Assembly (NCBI RefSeq): GCF_006345805.1
Contig: NC_043003.1
Location: 80,600,001-80,664,000, forward strand
Reading direction: 5' to 3'
DNA: 64,000 nucleotides
Origin: Octopus sinensis
Lineage: Eukaryota
Below the pieces are notes generated by a model. The model ran no database searches, had not been told where the DNA came from, and saw nothing but the letters and a program-made list of their open reading frames with translations. Positions 40,573 to 55,089 of this stretch are shown piece by piece. The stretch's first letter is position 1; every line of letters starts with the position of its first letter. Both the position numbers and the translations under genes were made by a program.

Positions 40573-40614
40573 GTATCTCTCCGTCGCAGAGCGTAGGCTC
40601 GATACGTAAAATAC
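40573..40614 (+). ncRNA. Degenerate hammerhead-like motif (left arm)
   Basis: CCGUCGC-A-GAGC-GUAG-GCUC-GAUACGUA; same family as 52551-52590. Confidence 0.35.
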
Positions 40615-40705
40615 TTTTTCTATTTTTATTCATGAGCGCTATACTAATACATTTGTTTGTTTTTACTCCATCTGCCTTCGTCTTTTGTTTATTTTCGTAA
40701 ACTTT

Positions 40706-40759
<54 letters not shown>

Positions 40760-40814
40760 TCACACACACATATATATACATGTATATGTATATGAATATA
40801 TACATATATATATA

Positions 40815-41172
40815 GGCGCAGGAGTGGCTGTGTGGTAAGTAGCTTGCTAACCAGCCACATGGTTCTGGGTTCAGTCCCACTGCGTGAAATCTTGGGCAAA
40901 TGTCTTCTGCTATAGCCCCGGGGTGACCAATGCCTTGTGAGTGGATTTGGTAGACGGAAACTGAAAGAAGCCTGTCTTATATATGTATATATATATGTAT
41001 GTATATGACAACCGATGCTGGTGTGTTTACGTCCCCGTCACTTAGCGGTTCGGCAAAAGAGACCGATAGAATAAGTACCGGGATTACAAAGAATAAGTCC
41101 CGGGGTCGATTTGCTCGACGAAAGGCGGTGCTCGAGCATGGCCAAAGTCAAATGACTGAAACAAGTAAAAGA
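40815..41172 (+). mobile_element. Family B SINE in the centre of the inverted duplication
   Basis: Close match to 7128-7582; flanked by (TA)n. Confidence 0.85.
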
Positions 41173-41184
41173 GAGAAAGAGAGT

Positions 41185-41273
<89 letters not shown>

Positions 41274-41277
41274 CATA

Positions 41278-41321
<44 letters not shown>

Positions 41322-41387
41322 ATAATATATATATATATATAATATATATATATATATAATATATATATATATAATATATATGTATAC

Positions 41388-41464
<77 letters not shown>

Positions 41465-41555
41465 AAAGTTTACGAAAATAAACAAAAGACGAAGGCAGGT
41501 GGAGTAAAAACAAACAAAAGTATTAGTATAGCGCTCAGGAATAGAAATAGAAAAA

Positions 41556-41597
41556 GGATTTTACGCTTTGAGCCTACGCTCTGCGACGGAAAGATAC
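41556..41597 (-). ncRNA. Degenerate hammerhead-like motif (right arm)
   Basis: Minus strand GUAUCUUU-CCGUCGC-A-GAGC-GUAG-GCUC-AAAGCGUA. Confidence 0.3.
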
Positions 41598-42750
41598 ACA
41601 GAAGTAAACAAGGAGAGAAAAATTGCGTGTAGGAGCTAACGATCTATCATGGCGTTCTTTCATATATATATATATATAATGTATAACACACGGTTAAAGT
41701 GGCCCCAAATTTAAAAGGGATTTTCTAAAATTCCGTTATAAGTTTTTTAAATTCTCTGTATACCTATGTATGCCTTATGGGATACCTTCTGAGAACCACT
41801 GATTTAGAAGAGTATGATAGTATTTGGAGACTGATATTTCAGTTAGGAGCTATTATCTTCACGATTTGTCTTTGAAAACAGAATTAGTTTCCGAATTCCT
41901 TTCATCTCACATCTTATAAATTTTCTAGTATCCTAATGTACGGTAACTCCATAATTCTCTCAAAAATATACGAAGTAATTATCATTAGAAATGCCTGGAG
42001 GTCGGACTGTCACTATTACACTAATATATGCGGACCAGTGCCGCCATCTATATGTTCTTGTCACAGCTTTAGCACCCTTGTCCTCTCCCGTCTTTTCCAA
42101 GTGCCTTTCTTTTGCAATGTTATTTTCGTGATTTCGAAACGAAGTCTTTCATAAATCTATGAAATGGAGATTATTCTCATATCATTGGACATCTTAGGAT
42201 TATACTCGTTTTAGGTATTATCCAAATTGTGTTACTGTATAGTCGTTGCACATAAACTGGAGTTCATAGGAACTGGTTAATCCAGTTTGTGAAATGAAAC
42301 CCACATATCCACCTACAAGACTTCATACTAAATCAATGCTCATGTTTCTTTACGTGATAGCTGGATATTCAGTTCATACAAATAAGGGCAGCAGGTGAAC
42401 AGCCAAACTATAGTGACTAGCAAACCAACATAAGGAGAGTAGATCAAATAAATCTGAATGTAACCTTCTGTGCTCTTTGATAAATTTTTCTGCTATTGTT
42501 TCATAAAACTAACATAATTTCCAAACTCCGATTATGTCATAACTGTGTGCAACATATATACATTTTGGGTTGAGACAAGACAGTCAGAAACAGTATTATT
42601 AAATGATTTTAAAGGCTTCTTCTTCGCCTCCACGCATTCTGCAGTCTATAACTCTATTGTACATCATTACATGTTTTCAGTTGTTTCAGGAGGGAAGGCT
42701 TTCCTTTTGATCTGCAGTAAAACATGCTTTTGTGTTAGCTTCAATTTTTG

Positions 42751-42806
<56 letters not shown>

Positions 42807-43561
42807 GAAGTAGAAGTAGAAGTCTCCTAAGGCTTTCCATTGCCTTGCAGCAAAAATGTCTAAAAAAATCTAGCTTCATTTTTTACCTATATATGAGAAA
42901 GAAATTAAATGAGTTCTTATTTGATGTAAATGCTAGAAAATTATTTCTATTTTTCTTTTTCTTTTTGTGATGTTACAACAAGCTGAAAGGAAATATGATA
43001 CATGCAACATGAAAAGAAATCTAAATATATAACAATCGTCATATATTTCAAATTCGTTTTTATCCCTCGTATACATGTCCATAATCATATATTCATACAG
43101 GCATACTTGCGCGCATATACACATACTGTTTCCAACTGAAGCACAAACCATATCGATATACTTATGTATAAACATATGTACATACACACACATACACACA
43201 CATACACACACATACATACACACACATACATACACACATACACACACACATATATATATATATATGCCCATGTATCCCTGTGTATGTGTGTCTATATAAG
43301 GTTACATGTGTGTACGTGAGTGCATGTATGCCTATGTACTTGTATGTACATGTGTCTGTGCGCGCGCGTTTATGTGTGTGAATGCGACTGTATGCAAACA
43401 GGAATGTACATATATATATATATATAAATATGTACATAAAAATAAATATATATATGTATATATATATACACATATATATATATATATGTATATACATAAT
43501 ATATATATATATATATATAAATATATATATATACATATATATGTAGATACATATATACATT

Positions 43562-43622
<61 letters not shown>

Positions 43623-46117
43623 AAAGAGAGACAAATTCAGCAGTTGGAGATTTGTTAAAGCTAAATGAAAATCTAGCTATATAGTTGTGTGCATATCATT
43701 CAAAAAACCATCAAACAATCAGGCATGTTAGCTAATAACAAATGTGTTATCTCATACGAATATCCGTTCCAGGTTACTGTTGGTTTCTCTTCAAATACTC
43801 ATATGTGAAGCTATCTTACCACTGAACATTTCCCGAGACATCAGTTAACTTTGAAAATTATTATTTATTTATGTTAGATTTCTTGAATAAGATACAGTTA
43901 ACTTTAATAGTGCTACTGACTTTTAAAATACCAAGCGAACTCTACTAGCAAATATAAAAGCAATGAATCATACCCTATCATCATTATTGCACTAAAATTC
44001 TGGTTTAAGCAATTTTCAAATAGTTAATTACACATAGTTACTGGACAAAAAAACATCTCAGCATTATCTATACTATTCGCATTAAATCTTTAATGAATAT
44101 ATTTTTAAAGCGCTTTACTATGTATGTCATTAACTGACAGGATATGATGTTCTGCTGCGCTAGACTTACTGATTTGTGATTATCCTGATTGTCATGTGTG
44201 ATGTCAGACCAGTAGTTTTAATTTTAATATGCAAAGTTGAACAAAACAGATACTAATTTTATCGTTCCGGTAAGGGTAGAGAATGGAGACGGCAATGTGA
44301 TTTTGAACTCAGAGTGTAAAACGTTCCAAAAATATCCCACAAGGTATTCTGTCATCCGTGGATTTTAGATATAGAAATAAGGAAAATTGAATGAATTCAA
44401 TTCCAGAAGTTTCAGCAGATTCATTAAAGGTGAACGAAATGGTTCAACGTAAGTGAGAGGGAGTATATATGTATATATAACACATACATATGTTCACACA
44501 TTCACAACCCAAAGAAGTATAGATGCATACACACATAGATTTGTATGTATGTATGTATGTATGTATGTATGTATGTATGTATGTATGTATGTATGTTTGT
44601 ATGTAAACAAACATATATATACATGTATATGCGTATATATTTCTAATAAAGATTCATCATATTCATAAAAAAACAGCCAGAGCAAGTAATAAGAATATGA
44701 AACTTGCTGTTCAAAAATATCGTTATAGGTATAAATATACCATAAACAATTATAGAAACATGAAGGGGAAATATTGAAACAAAATTAGATTTAATACAAA
44801 ATAGGATTCAATACATACGTGCGTTTCAAAGGACAATACAAATATGTAAGAAAAAATATTATAATCACAGTAATTGAATGGCGGTGCTCCAGCATGGCCA
44901 CAGCTCGTGAGCTGAAACTAGATAAAATGAAAAAAATTATGATTACATTTATACATTGTCATTCTCATCACTGTGAGGAGTTTTGGAAAGGATGTCAAAA
45001 TTTTAATAAAATAAAATAAATTAAAATAAGATACAATAAGTGACAATACAAATAGGGTTATAGGGAAAAATCAGATATTTACAAGCAAGTTGTATAAGGG
45101 AAAAATAAAAGTAATAATAATAGTGAGAGTGACGAAGGAGAAAAAAGACAGACATATCAATGTGTATGCTCCTCTATATGTGCCGTAAACTATAATATGA
45201 AAATAAGAGTAAAAATCTAACGGATGTTTTTTGAAAACATGGTAACAGGTCGAGATGAAGCATAATAAACAGTCACGTGTGTATAGTAGAATATAACGTA
45301 AAAGGTGCATTAGTAGAAAAACCATAGTGTTATACATATAAATATTAATATTGAAAAATGAAATATGTATATATGTTACAGGAGCCTAAAAGTTATGGGT
45401 ACGACTGTTACAATATTTAAGTAAAAATGTACATACAAGGGGAGAAAAAGTCCAAAAGAGAACTTAACGAGGAAAAACATCGATCATAGGCAAGACCGGC
45501 CGGTGTATTCAAGAGAATTACCTTACTCAAAAACTAACTCGGTGTAGGGGAGACAATCAGTAAAAAAGTAGGAACAAAAACGAATATATGAAGGAGAAAA
45601 TTATAAAACTTACAGCGATAGAAAAAACGTTTACGCTTAACACGCACGAATATACAGCCATACACATAGAAATACATGCACACATACACAACACCCATAC
45701 ACACAAAACAAACATGCATACAATCACACATACACACGCAGGAGTGCAAGTGTGAGGGAAGATAGAGCAAGTGTCTTGTTCTATTAGGAAACATATAGAA
45801 CTGGATAATTTAGTAATTTTTCGTTTACCCCAGTGTTTGTAGCTTAAGGTGAGATCGTTTAACCTTGCTTTGAAACATTCTTCCGTGAGAACCGCATATC
45901 TGCCGAAACTGTGTTATTAACGTTCGTAGAATTTGCAGTGGCTTCATAAATACAGACTCCATTTAGCGGGCACAAGTCTTTATCGCTGAGAGAGATAACA
46001 AAAGAAAGGTAGAGAAAAAACGAATGATAACGAGAAAGAGTGAGAGAGAGAGAGAGAGAGATGGATAGATAGATACATACATACATAAATAGATAATTAG
46101 GTTGATAGATAGGTAGA

Positions 46118-46262
<145 letters not shown>

Positions 46263-46642
46263 GGCGTGGTGGCATGCCGTCAAGAGATCATCTTGCTGAC
46301 CAAGTCATTCCTGAGAAGAAACCTATTTCTTTACTACCCACAAGAGGCTAAACACAGAGAGGAAACCGTTTTGGACTGTGCCTTAAGTCTCCTGAAAAAC
46401 GAAATTAGTGGACAAAGTAAAATTCATATGTTGTCTATGTTTCTGGGTTTGGAACAAGCCTATGAAGCTGGATTGTATCACACATATTTGATATAACTTG
46501 GATGGACTGGCGAAGTAATTTTTTAAAACATTGGCTCAAAATATAACCAATCACATTTTGACTAATTGGAAGCGTAAACATTACAATGCTAATGCTATAC
46601 ACAGATTGATAGCATGATATGAATTTTACTTGTCCTCACAAT

Positions 46643-46699
<57 letters not shown>

Positions 46700-46735
46700 G
46701 TGTGTGTGTGTGTGGTGTGTGTGTATGTATGTGTA

Positions 46736-46796
<61 letters not shown>

Positions 46797-46798
<2 letters not shown>

Positions 46799-46984
46799 CA
46801 ATTGCAGCGTGGAAGGTGTTTGTAAGCCATTTAAGAAACACACCACGGATTTTTGTCAGTGAACAGGTCGCAGATTTTAGCGACGAGAATATTTTGACAA
46901 ATTAAACTTAAATGTTGAAGTGAATCGAACGGCTTTTGTATGTTTCTTAAATGGCTTACAAACACCTTCCACGCTGCAATTGTT
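46797..46984. repeat. Perfect 44-bp inverted repeat with 100-bp spacer
   Basis: 46797-46840 is the exact reverse complement of 46941-46984. Confidence 0.95.
46852..46901 (+). ncRNA. Minimal type-I hammerhead-like fold with G3-C8 core swap
   Basis: UUUGUCA | GUGAACA | G | GUCGC-AGAUUUUA-GCGAC | GAG | AAUAUU | U / UGACAAA; 7-bp helix I, 5-bp helix II, palindromic helix III; position 14 is G instead of A. Confidence 0.6.
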
Positions 46985-47039
46985 TTCGTTCCAGCACACG
47001 ATCTCAGATCAAATCACTTGCTATGCGAGTATATCTCCG

Positions 47040-47077
<38 letters not shown>

Positions 47078-47206
47078 TAATATAGGATGAAGTTTTTTTT
47101 CAGAAAAAATTTCATCAAAAATGTGGCAGCATATTAAAATACCTTTAAGGTTAAAATTATAAACAACTTATAGAAATAATTTTCGTTTGCTCTTGTTTAT
47201 AAGCTG

Positions 47207-47260
<54 letters not shown>

Positions 47261-47308
47261 TATATTAAATGTGTGCGTGTATGTGCATATGTATATATAT
47301 TTATATGC

Positions 47309-47340
<32 letters not shown>

Positions 47341-47559
47341 ACACATAAGACTATTAAGGTGAGAGAATTGATGTGTATCGTATTCGTTTCATTATGTCAT
47401 AATGTTGTTAGATCTATAATAGATATTGCATCATCTTTTGCACGTATATAAAAAATATATATGTATACAAGTGTATACAAGTGCACTCAAAAGTTTAATC
47501 TGCAGTATACTATTTATAGCGATTCATGGAAGTTCGGGCAATTTGTCGTAACTTTTGAA

Positions 47560-47900
47560 ATATCTCACTGAGATCCCAAATTAGACAAATGAGATCGTTA
47601 GTGATCTCATTATTCCGGTACACCTGTGAGACATGGATACCGACGGCAGAAATCGAGAGAAGAATCCAGGCTGTAGAGATGAAACATTGCAGGAGACTTT
47701 GTGAAATATCACACAGAGATCGTGTCGCAAATGAGGAACTGAAAAGAAAAAGGCAGGCAATAGGGTCCTATGAGGATCTTCTTTCCACAGTAATAAAAAC
47801 CAAGCTCAGGTGGTTTGGGCATGTCAACCGCTCATCAATGATGGTCAAAACAATCCTTCAGAGGAAGACGACAGAAAACTGGTGGAGGGATCTCGTCGCA
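47560..47900 (+). pseudogene. RTE-clade LINE C-terminal fragment
   Basis: RSLVISLFRYTCETW..ERRIQAVEMK..RDRVANEE..KLRWFGHV. Confidence 0.8.
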
Positions 47901-48489
47901 AAGAAATCAGTTGTGCCCCACCAGGCAGCTCGACCACATGATATGTGATGGTAGTTCGAAATATCAACTCTCGTTCAAGAACCAAGTTGACCCAATGTAT
48001 AATTAAAACGATAGATGTATTCAGTGCGTTGCCACATATGGTTTGCTTTAAAGAAGCAATGACCGTAGACCAATATGAATTCAGAGATAGTTGCTGCAGA
48101 TAAATGCAATAACGTCAAAACATCACTAAAGTAAAATCATAAATATAAAGTCAAGTGTCAGAAAAAATATAGAAACAGAAATTAATGTGAGTTCTGTTTA
48201 ATTCTTTGAATCGTTATAGTCAATAGACGTACATATACCAGGTTACATACATAAATACATACATACATGCATATAACCTATTATAAATATACATGCATAC
48301 ATACATGCATACCTTCATACATATAAACATACATTCATACACTCATACATTCATAAATGCATGCATACATATACTAGAATAGCTTCCCGTTGCACAGGCT
48401 ACTCTTATTACCAAAAAGAAAGAAAACATTGTTGCTAAAATATATAGGCTCATAGCATGCGTGAATATTATGTACAAAATGTACATAGT

Positions 48490-50340
48490 CTTTCTGAATA
48501 TGTTTCCCCAAGTCCACTGCCAAACAAATGGTGGGACAATTGGTTGAACAAGCAAGAGGAATGAAAGAAGCCTAGGGCTGTGCTGAACAGCTCTTCCTCA
48601 ACAAAGCTGGACTTAAGGAAGCCAAGCAACGTAGTTGTATTCTGTTGATATTACAACAAGGCGTTCAACCTTTGCCTCACTCATGGATGATAGAATAACT
48701 ACACCTTGCGAAAATACCAGCTTTTAAAATAAATGCTAATGACTGATCGCAGCGTGATTCACAGTTATCACTGACATCTAATAAAGCAACTCCTTTTGTT
48801 ACAAGAAAAATATTTGCAGATATATTCATGGGTGATAATTTATCTGTAATGCTGTTTGTACTGTCAGTGAATCCCCTGTCAGCCCTGATAACAAAATGCC
48901 AAGGCTACCTACCGGGATACGCAGAAAATAATAAAATTAATGTCACCCATACACTCTGTATTGATGACATAGAGCTTTATTCTTGTAACGTGCTCAAAAT
49001 CAAGAGATAATTAGAATTAATCATAACCTTCTCACGAAACATATGAATGGAGTTAGTGCCTCATAAAAGCTGATACATGGTAGTTGACAGAGGAAAAATT
49101 GTTGACTAGAGAGAGGGCATATCAATGACTTGTCTTACATCAATGACTTACCTATCAAATTATGAAAACTTCAAGTATGTTCGAAACTTTGCATACATCG
49201 GTACTGTGACGAAAGCCAAAATAAAAAAAAAGTGTGTACATCTGTAGACTCCGGAATATATAGAACTCAGAGCAGTTTGTATTTAACAAGACCATATCTC
49301 CCAATGTTTTGCCGTAGCAGAGCTGGTACTAACGACTGGGCTATTGGGCAGGATACATGATGAGACCCGCAGCCTGGACATCAAAACCAGACAGGTCCTG
49401 ACCACCACTGGCAACTTCTATATTAACAGTGGTTGTGAAAGCATGTATGACAGACGAAGTGATTGTGATAGAGACATAAGAATAGTCAAAACACCCTTTG
49501 AACGAAGTATTGTATGACTCATACACCTGCTGGAAAGTAAAGAAAAAAATGAGCACATTTCATGCATACTCAAAAGTGAGAATATCAGCACATTGAAAGT
49601 TAGAGAAGAACTACTGTGCAAGTAGTCTCAGGACACAAATGTGTCGTGTGACCCAAAGGAGTCTTGATTGGCCTGCCGAAACAGAAGCTAGGAGGATAAG
49701 CATTAATCATACCAGCAAATCAACTAATGCATGGCTACATACCACGAAAGCTAGAGGACAACAGCAGCATTTACAGGAAGAGTAGCCTCTCCCGGAACTG
49801 TGATAGATACATGACAACTCAACTCGAAGGATATGCCTACGCTATCCAGGAACTGCAGATAGCTACTAAATATGTGATAAACATGACAGACAATGATATC
49901 ACCAAAGTTCCACTTTCTGGGAAAAGATGTCAGCTCTGATATACCAGTGTGGAAATATATCATCCACATTATCAACAGCTGCGGTATGATGTCTACGAGA
50001 TACTGGCTGCCCCTATTGCTTGATATAGTTGCAGAGAATATTCACATTGCTATCCGCAGAAATGAATCCCTTGATGCATACGTCAAAGGCATGTCAGAAG
50101 CCGCATGAATTCACTCGTTTAAAAGCAAGGGATATTAGTAGAATACTCCAATAAAAACAGCAGTTCGGTGAAAATATCAGATCGGATATTGTTCTAAGAC
50201 ACAGGGAACACTGTTGTAGAGGTCAGCTGCCCAGGTGATAGGAATACACTATCAAAATCTAGGTAAAAGAGAATATTTACACCCTGACAGTAAATTCTTA
50301 TTTGAAGCTATCGTATCGTAGGTGTATAAGATTATATACC
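48490..50340 (+). pseudogene. R4/Dong-clade LINE relic (RT to RLE)
   Basis: MGDNLSVMLFVLSVNPLS, THTLCIDDIELY, EGYAYAIQE, HIINSCG, DIVL remnants. Confidence 0.75.
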
Positions 50341-51084
50341 AACAATTTTATAAAAAAAACTAAAAATAGTAGGCTTTACGAAAAGTAAATGCATAAGAAA
50401 CTGATGCGATTTCTCTGAAGATTTGTAAGACACTCCAATGATTCTCCATCTGAGATCGTTTAGATGAATAAGTGCACACTCTTGGGTGTTTGCATCGACA
50501 GTTCAACCAACACTCACACTCAACCGCATATTTACAAACGCGGGGAACTCTTAACTTAAATTGTCTAGTTGTTTTGTTAGCAACCTGCTTGAACTCTCTT
50601 ACAATCGTAAATAGCAATCAAAGAAAACACACGTACATACATGCATGCACACATACATGCGTACTCACACACACATACATACGCAGACTCTGATGCATGT
50701 GTACTCACACATTCACACACACATATGCATGTATATATGTATGTATTTATGCATGTATGTAAGTACTTATGCATGTATGCATAAATGAAATGAAATGTGT
50801 TACGTACTAATTAGTCAATGTGGTGGACCGAGGAGTTATTTCCGTAATTTAAGAACAGACAAAAACTACTAACTTCATTTACTTTTATTTCGTCATACAT
50901 TTGAATGTGAATTTACTGGAATGCCCACGAGCCCTCTCTAACAATTTTCCAGTTACAATTCCTTACCATTTTGGGTTGGGGAGCAAACGCCCACTGAACA
51001 AATTTTGTAAATCTGTAAAGATTTTAATTTCTTTTGTTGTAGTTCTTAATATGTCCTTCTTGTGTTTGTTCCCTTTCATTTATA

Positions 51085-51136
<52 letters not shown>

Positions 51137-51805
51137 CTGATAAACGTAACAAAGCCCGAGAAAAGTATTAGATAATAGACACAAAATTGAACTTCGATAT
51201 CTAATAAACAACGGGACACTACCTGATATTCGAAAGATGTCATATGATTATTATAAAGAACAAGTTGCAGAAATTCGCTGATAGTTTTGTTCAAAAATTA
51301 ACAAGAAGAGAATATGAGAGTTATTATATAGGCGGTGCATCAGCATGGCCGCAGCTCCGAGCTGAAATTACAGAAAAAAATATCTATTTAAGGCTTTTGT
51401 TGCCGGATTCGGTTATATCCATTCACTGTTTCGTCACTCTTACATGTGGAAAGCAGTTTTATATACAAATCTTTTTTTTGTTGAGGAATATTATGCTTGA
51501 AACTGTATTTTGTTGAGATATGATGTGAAGTTTATTCAGCCTCTGCGGCTAGTAGAAAATACTAATTCTAAAGTTTGGTAGATATTTACAGTCAATACTG
51601 AAATAAAACTGAAATTTATTTTCATAGTCAAATGGTTTAATGGCTAAAACAAATCTTCGAAATATGTTATAGTATACATGTATGCAGTATTGACCATATT
51701 AAAAGCTAGTGAGTGATCTATGTTTTTCACACCACGGAAACACGTTTATTATCCTATCCCTCAAAAAGTGTCCCATGAGATAGCAACTGCCGTTATGATA
51801 CTTAC

Positions 51806-51888
51806 CAAGAGACAGTGTTTGCTACCAAACAACTGATGATGTACTAAGCTTTTGACAATTACCAAATCTTCTCTGAACAAAAACTTCT
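51806..51888 (-). CDS. Candidate host exon (83 nt)
   Basis: Acceptor TTTGATTAACAG, donor TTG|GTAAGT; one open frame KFLFREDLVIVKSLVHHQLFGSKHCLL, in phase with the 39-nt exon. Confidence 0.35.
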
Positions 51889-51982
51889 CTGTTAATCAAA
51901 GTTTCAGGAAATGCGAAATAAATGCTAGAGGCGAAGAAAATGCTTACTAGAGTCTATCTCCAAGCGATAACAACACACTTAC

Positions 51983-52021
51983 TGCTTTCTTCAATCCCCC
52001 ATCCCACACTAAACGCCAGAC
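51983..52021 (-). CDS. Candidate host exon (39 nt)
   Basis: Acceptor TTAACTGTATCAG, donor GCA|GTAAGT; (G)LAFSVGWGIEES; 94-nt intron to the next candidate. Confidence 0.38.
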
Positions 52022-52422
52022 CTGATACAGTTAATTCCAAAATACATATGAACATCTCAAAATCTTTTCGAAAGATTTTATTTCAGAAAAGACTTTCGCC
52101 CATATTTGATCATATTTGTTATATTCTGCATGTATTTTTACAAGGAATAATAAACGAAGTCAAGAAAAGTGCAATATTATCTAAATTGTAGGGTTTCAGA
52201 TTTGCAAATTTCTTTGTGGTTTGTACGTTGCTGATGTCAATATTTTATTCTTTTTTATAAGGAGCAAGCATGACCGTGTATTGAAGGTCATTTAGTAAGC
52301 ATGTAGCTCAGAGTTAGTCTACAGTTTCAACTCGATAGTATGCACTCTGCTATAGATTCGTAAATCCCAGTACATTTTCAGTAGAATGTGGCAAACGATA
52401 TATATACGTACGTATATACATC

Positions 52423-52473
<51 letters not shown>

Positions 52474-52550
52474 ATACCGCCATTTCATCATGTTATCTTT
52501 TCTCCTTCCATTTTTGTTTTTCATTCTCTGAAATTTTTATTCCTCTTAAT

Positions 52551-52590
52551 CTCATCTGTCGAAGATCGTAGGCTTGAAACGTCAAAGACA
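52551..52590 (+). ncRNA. Hammerhead-like motif with U6 core
   Basis: CUGUCGA-A-GAUC-GUAG-GCUU-GAAAC-GUC/AAAGAC; downstream tail resembles 40615-40709; helices I and II decayed. Confidence 0.42.
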
Positions 52591-52973
52591 TTTCAGTTTT
52601 TCCTAAGCGTTAAACAAATACACCTATTTATTGTTCCTTCACCTGTCTTTGTCTTTTGTGTTCTCTAAATTTGAACTACACACGCGCACGCGCAAGTATG
52701 TATATGTGCAATTAGGGATATATACCACGCCAAGACAAAACGAAATTGGCAGGGCATAGGGAGACGCGATAGACAGAGAGCCGATGTGGAGGTCACAGAA
52801 TAAGTAAATGAAGAACTCTGACAAATAAAATACTAACGCTAAAGCTAAAGAAAAGATCGAATATATAGTGCGTATGTTTAATTGGCAAAAGATGATACCG
52901 CCCCAAATATAACAATATCTCATCTAACACAGGATTTGAATTCAACAATTTTGAAAAAGGAATAGAGAAACGA

Positions 52974-53320
<347 letters not shown>

Positions 53321-53574
53321 ACCAAGATTAAACATATGAACATGAGGCCGATCTAGCATGTGCCTCTTGCTTATACATTTTAATTTTTCAAATCCACCGC
53401 GCATCGAAGTTATTTGTCGGCAGCAAAAGAATAAGTCGGCAATTTCTTCGAACGAATTTTCCAGAAATCAATGTACATAATTAATAATATCAGGGTAATA
53501 AAGAAGGAACAGCTAAAGTCCAAACCACTAATTAGGGATACATTCTCGAAGGGAGTGAAAATATAAACACTTAC

Positions 53575-53629
53575 CATCTACTTCCTGGACCACGGTATTT
53601 TTTCCACATCCAGTAATCGACACTCCATT
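53575..53629 (-). CDS. Candidate host exon (55 nt)
   Basis: Acceptor GATATTAG, donor ATG|GTAAGT; NGVSITGCGKNTVVQEVD(G), ends in phase 1 matching the 39-nt exon. Confidence 0.33.
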
Positions 53630-54054
53630 CTAATATCGCCAAACAACGTTTTGAACCAATGATAAACTGGTTGGATAACAGCGACTTAATTGTTTCCCCT
53701 GATTGTTATTCAGACTATATAAATATACACTACATATACATGCAGAATAATGATTCGATCATTTCCAACAGTTTGCATAGAATTTTGGAAATTATAAACT
53801 ACAAATAAAGAAATATTTAATGAATTAAATATAATCATGGATGTACAATTTATTCTGCGTTGTGTGTCATTGAGAACTTATTTACATGCAACTATATATA
53901 TATATATATCGCACTGTGTCTACGAGCTACTTTGTAACAATGAAGCTCATTTCATATTCACATCATTATATAGCTGAGTGAGAAGTTCGATCCCAGCTGT
54001 ATTACTCACAACGAAACAAGGTGTTTGCGCTTGAAACTACTACTACTACTACTG

Positions 54055-54110
<56 letters not shown>

Positions 54111-55089
54111 GCTGCTACTACGGCAGCCGCTGATGCTGCCTCTGGTGCCACCGTTTCATAATTAATGAAGCTTCATATTTTTGCAGAATTAATCCTTAAC
54201 ATGACTACGTATATAAAAATACATACACATACACACACACAGACACATACACACACATGTGTATTTCATATATAAATGTATTTCTTCAGTGATATTGTTC
54301 AAGACGTTCTTGAGATTTCTTTCATCATATAAAACCATTGTTACTCCATGGTAACGCTACACCTCACTGTGATATTAAGAATTTAGTGACGATGGCAGAA
54401 TTTTGTAATTTTGAATTTTGTATCCTCCTAACACAACTTACGTAGTCCAGTCAATGTTAAGTTTTTCATTCAATTGTTGCCTGTACGAGGCTGTACAAGA
54501 AGGATACTTGGGCAGAATTAATTATTGTATATAAAGAAGAAACAGAAAGTATATATGTGGTTAGTCGAGGACACTTCAGTATCTACGCGTTTAAAATGTG
54601 GAGAATAAAATTTCTTTTGTATTTACAAATACTTGAAAAGTAAATAAGTAAAGACCACTTACCACTTTAGAAAATGTTTCGAATATGCCGCTGTATAATA
54701 ATAAACCTATTTGGAATTTGAAGGACTTGGTACAAATGACCTTCAGCACATGTATGTATGTATGTATGTATGCATGTATGCATGTCATTCTTCTGTTTCA
54801 TTTCAATATTTCTAGCCAAAAGAGAAATGTCCGGTTATAACCTAGATCCAAGGCTACTTCATTGGAATTTCTACATCAACAGCGTATTTTTGTATGTGTG
54901 TATGTATGTATGTATGTTTGTATGTATGTATGTATGCATTTATGTATGTATGTATGTATGTATGTATGTATGTATGTATATGTACAGATTTCTATCCTTT
55001 GTTTTATCTATGTATTCTCATGCATATAGTTGCATGTTTAGACATGCTCATTAAAACAATAACCTTCTTGAAAGTTTTACATATTTTAC

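Larger units (their letters stand above)
40192..41934. repeat. 1.74-kb inverted duplication (arms 40192-40709 and 41461-41934)
   Basis: By eye about 9 mismatches in the roughly 258-bp outer arms and about 16 in the roughly 200-bp inner arms; both arms contain a (TA)n at the matching position. Confidence 0.95.

Noticed and set aside
42220-43848. Further minus-strand exon candidates (43820-43848; hydrophobic frames at 42220-42440)
   Set aside because: Phases or intron lengths (41 nt) do not give a consistent chain with the 51.8-53.6 kb candidates
45880-45920. Hammerhead-like ...GCC-GAAAC-UGU-GUU
   Set aside because: Core lacks a base and helices I and II do not form
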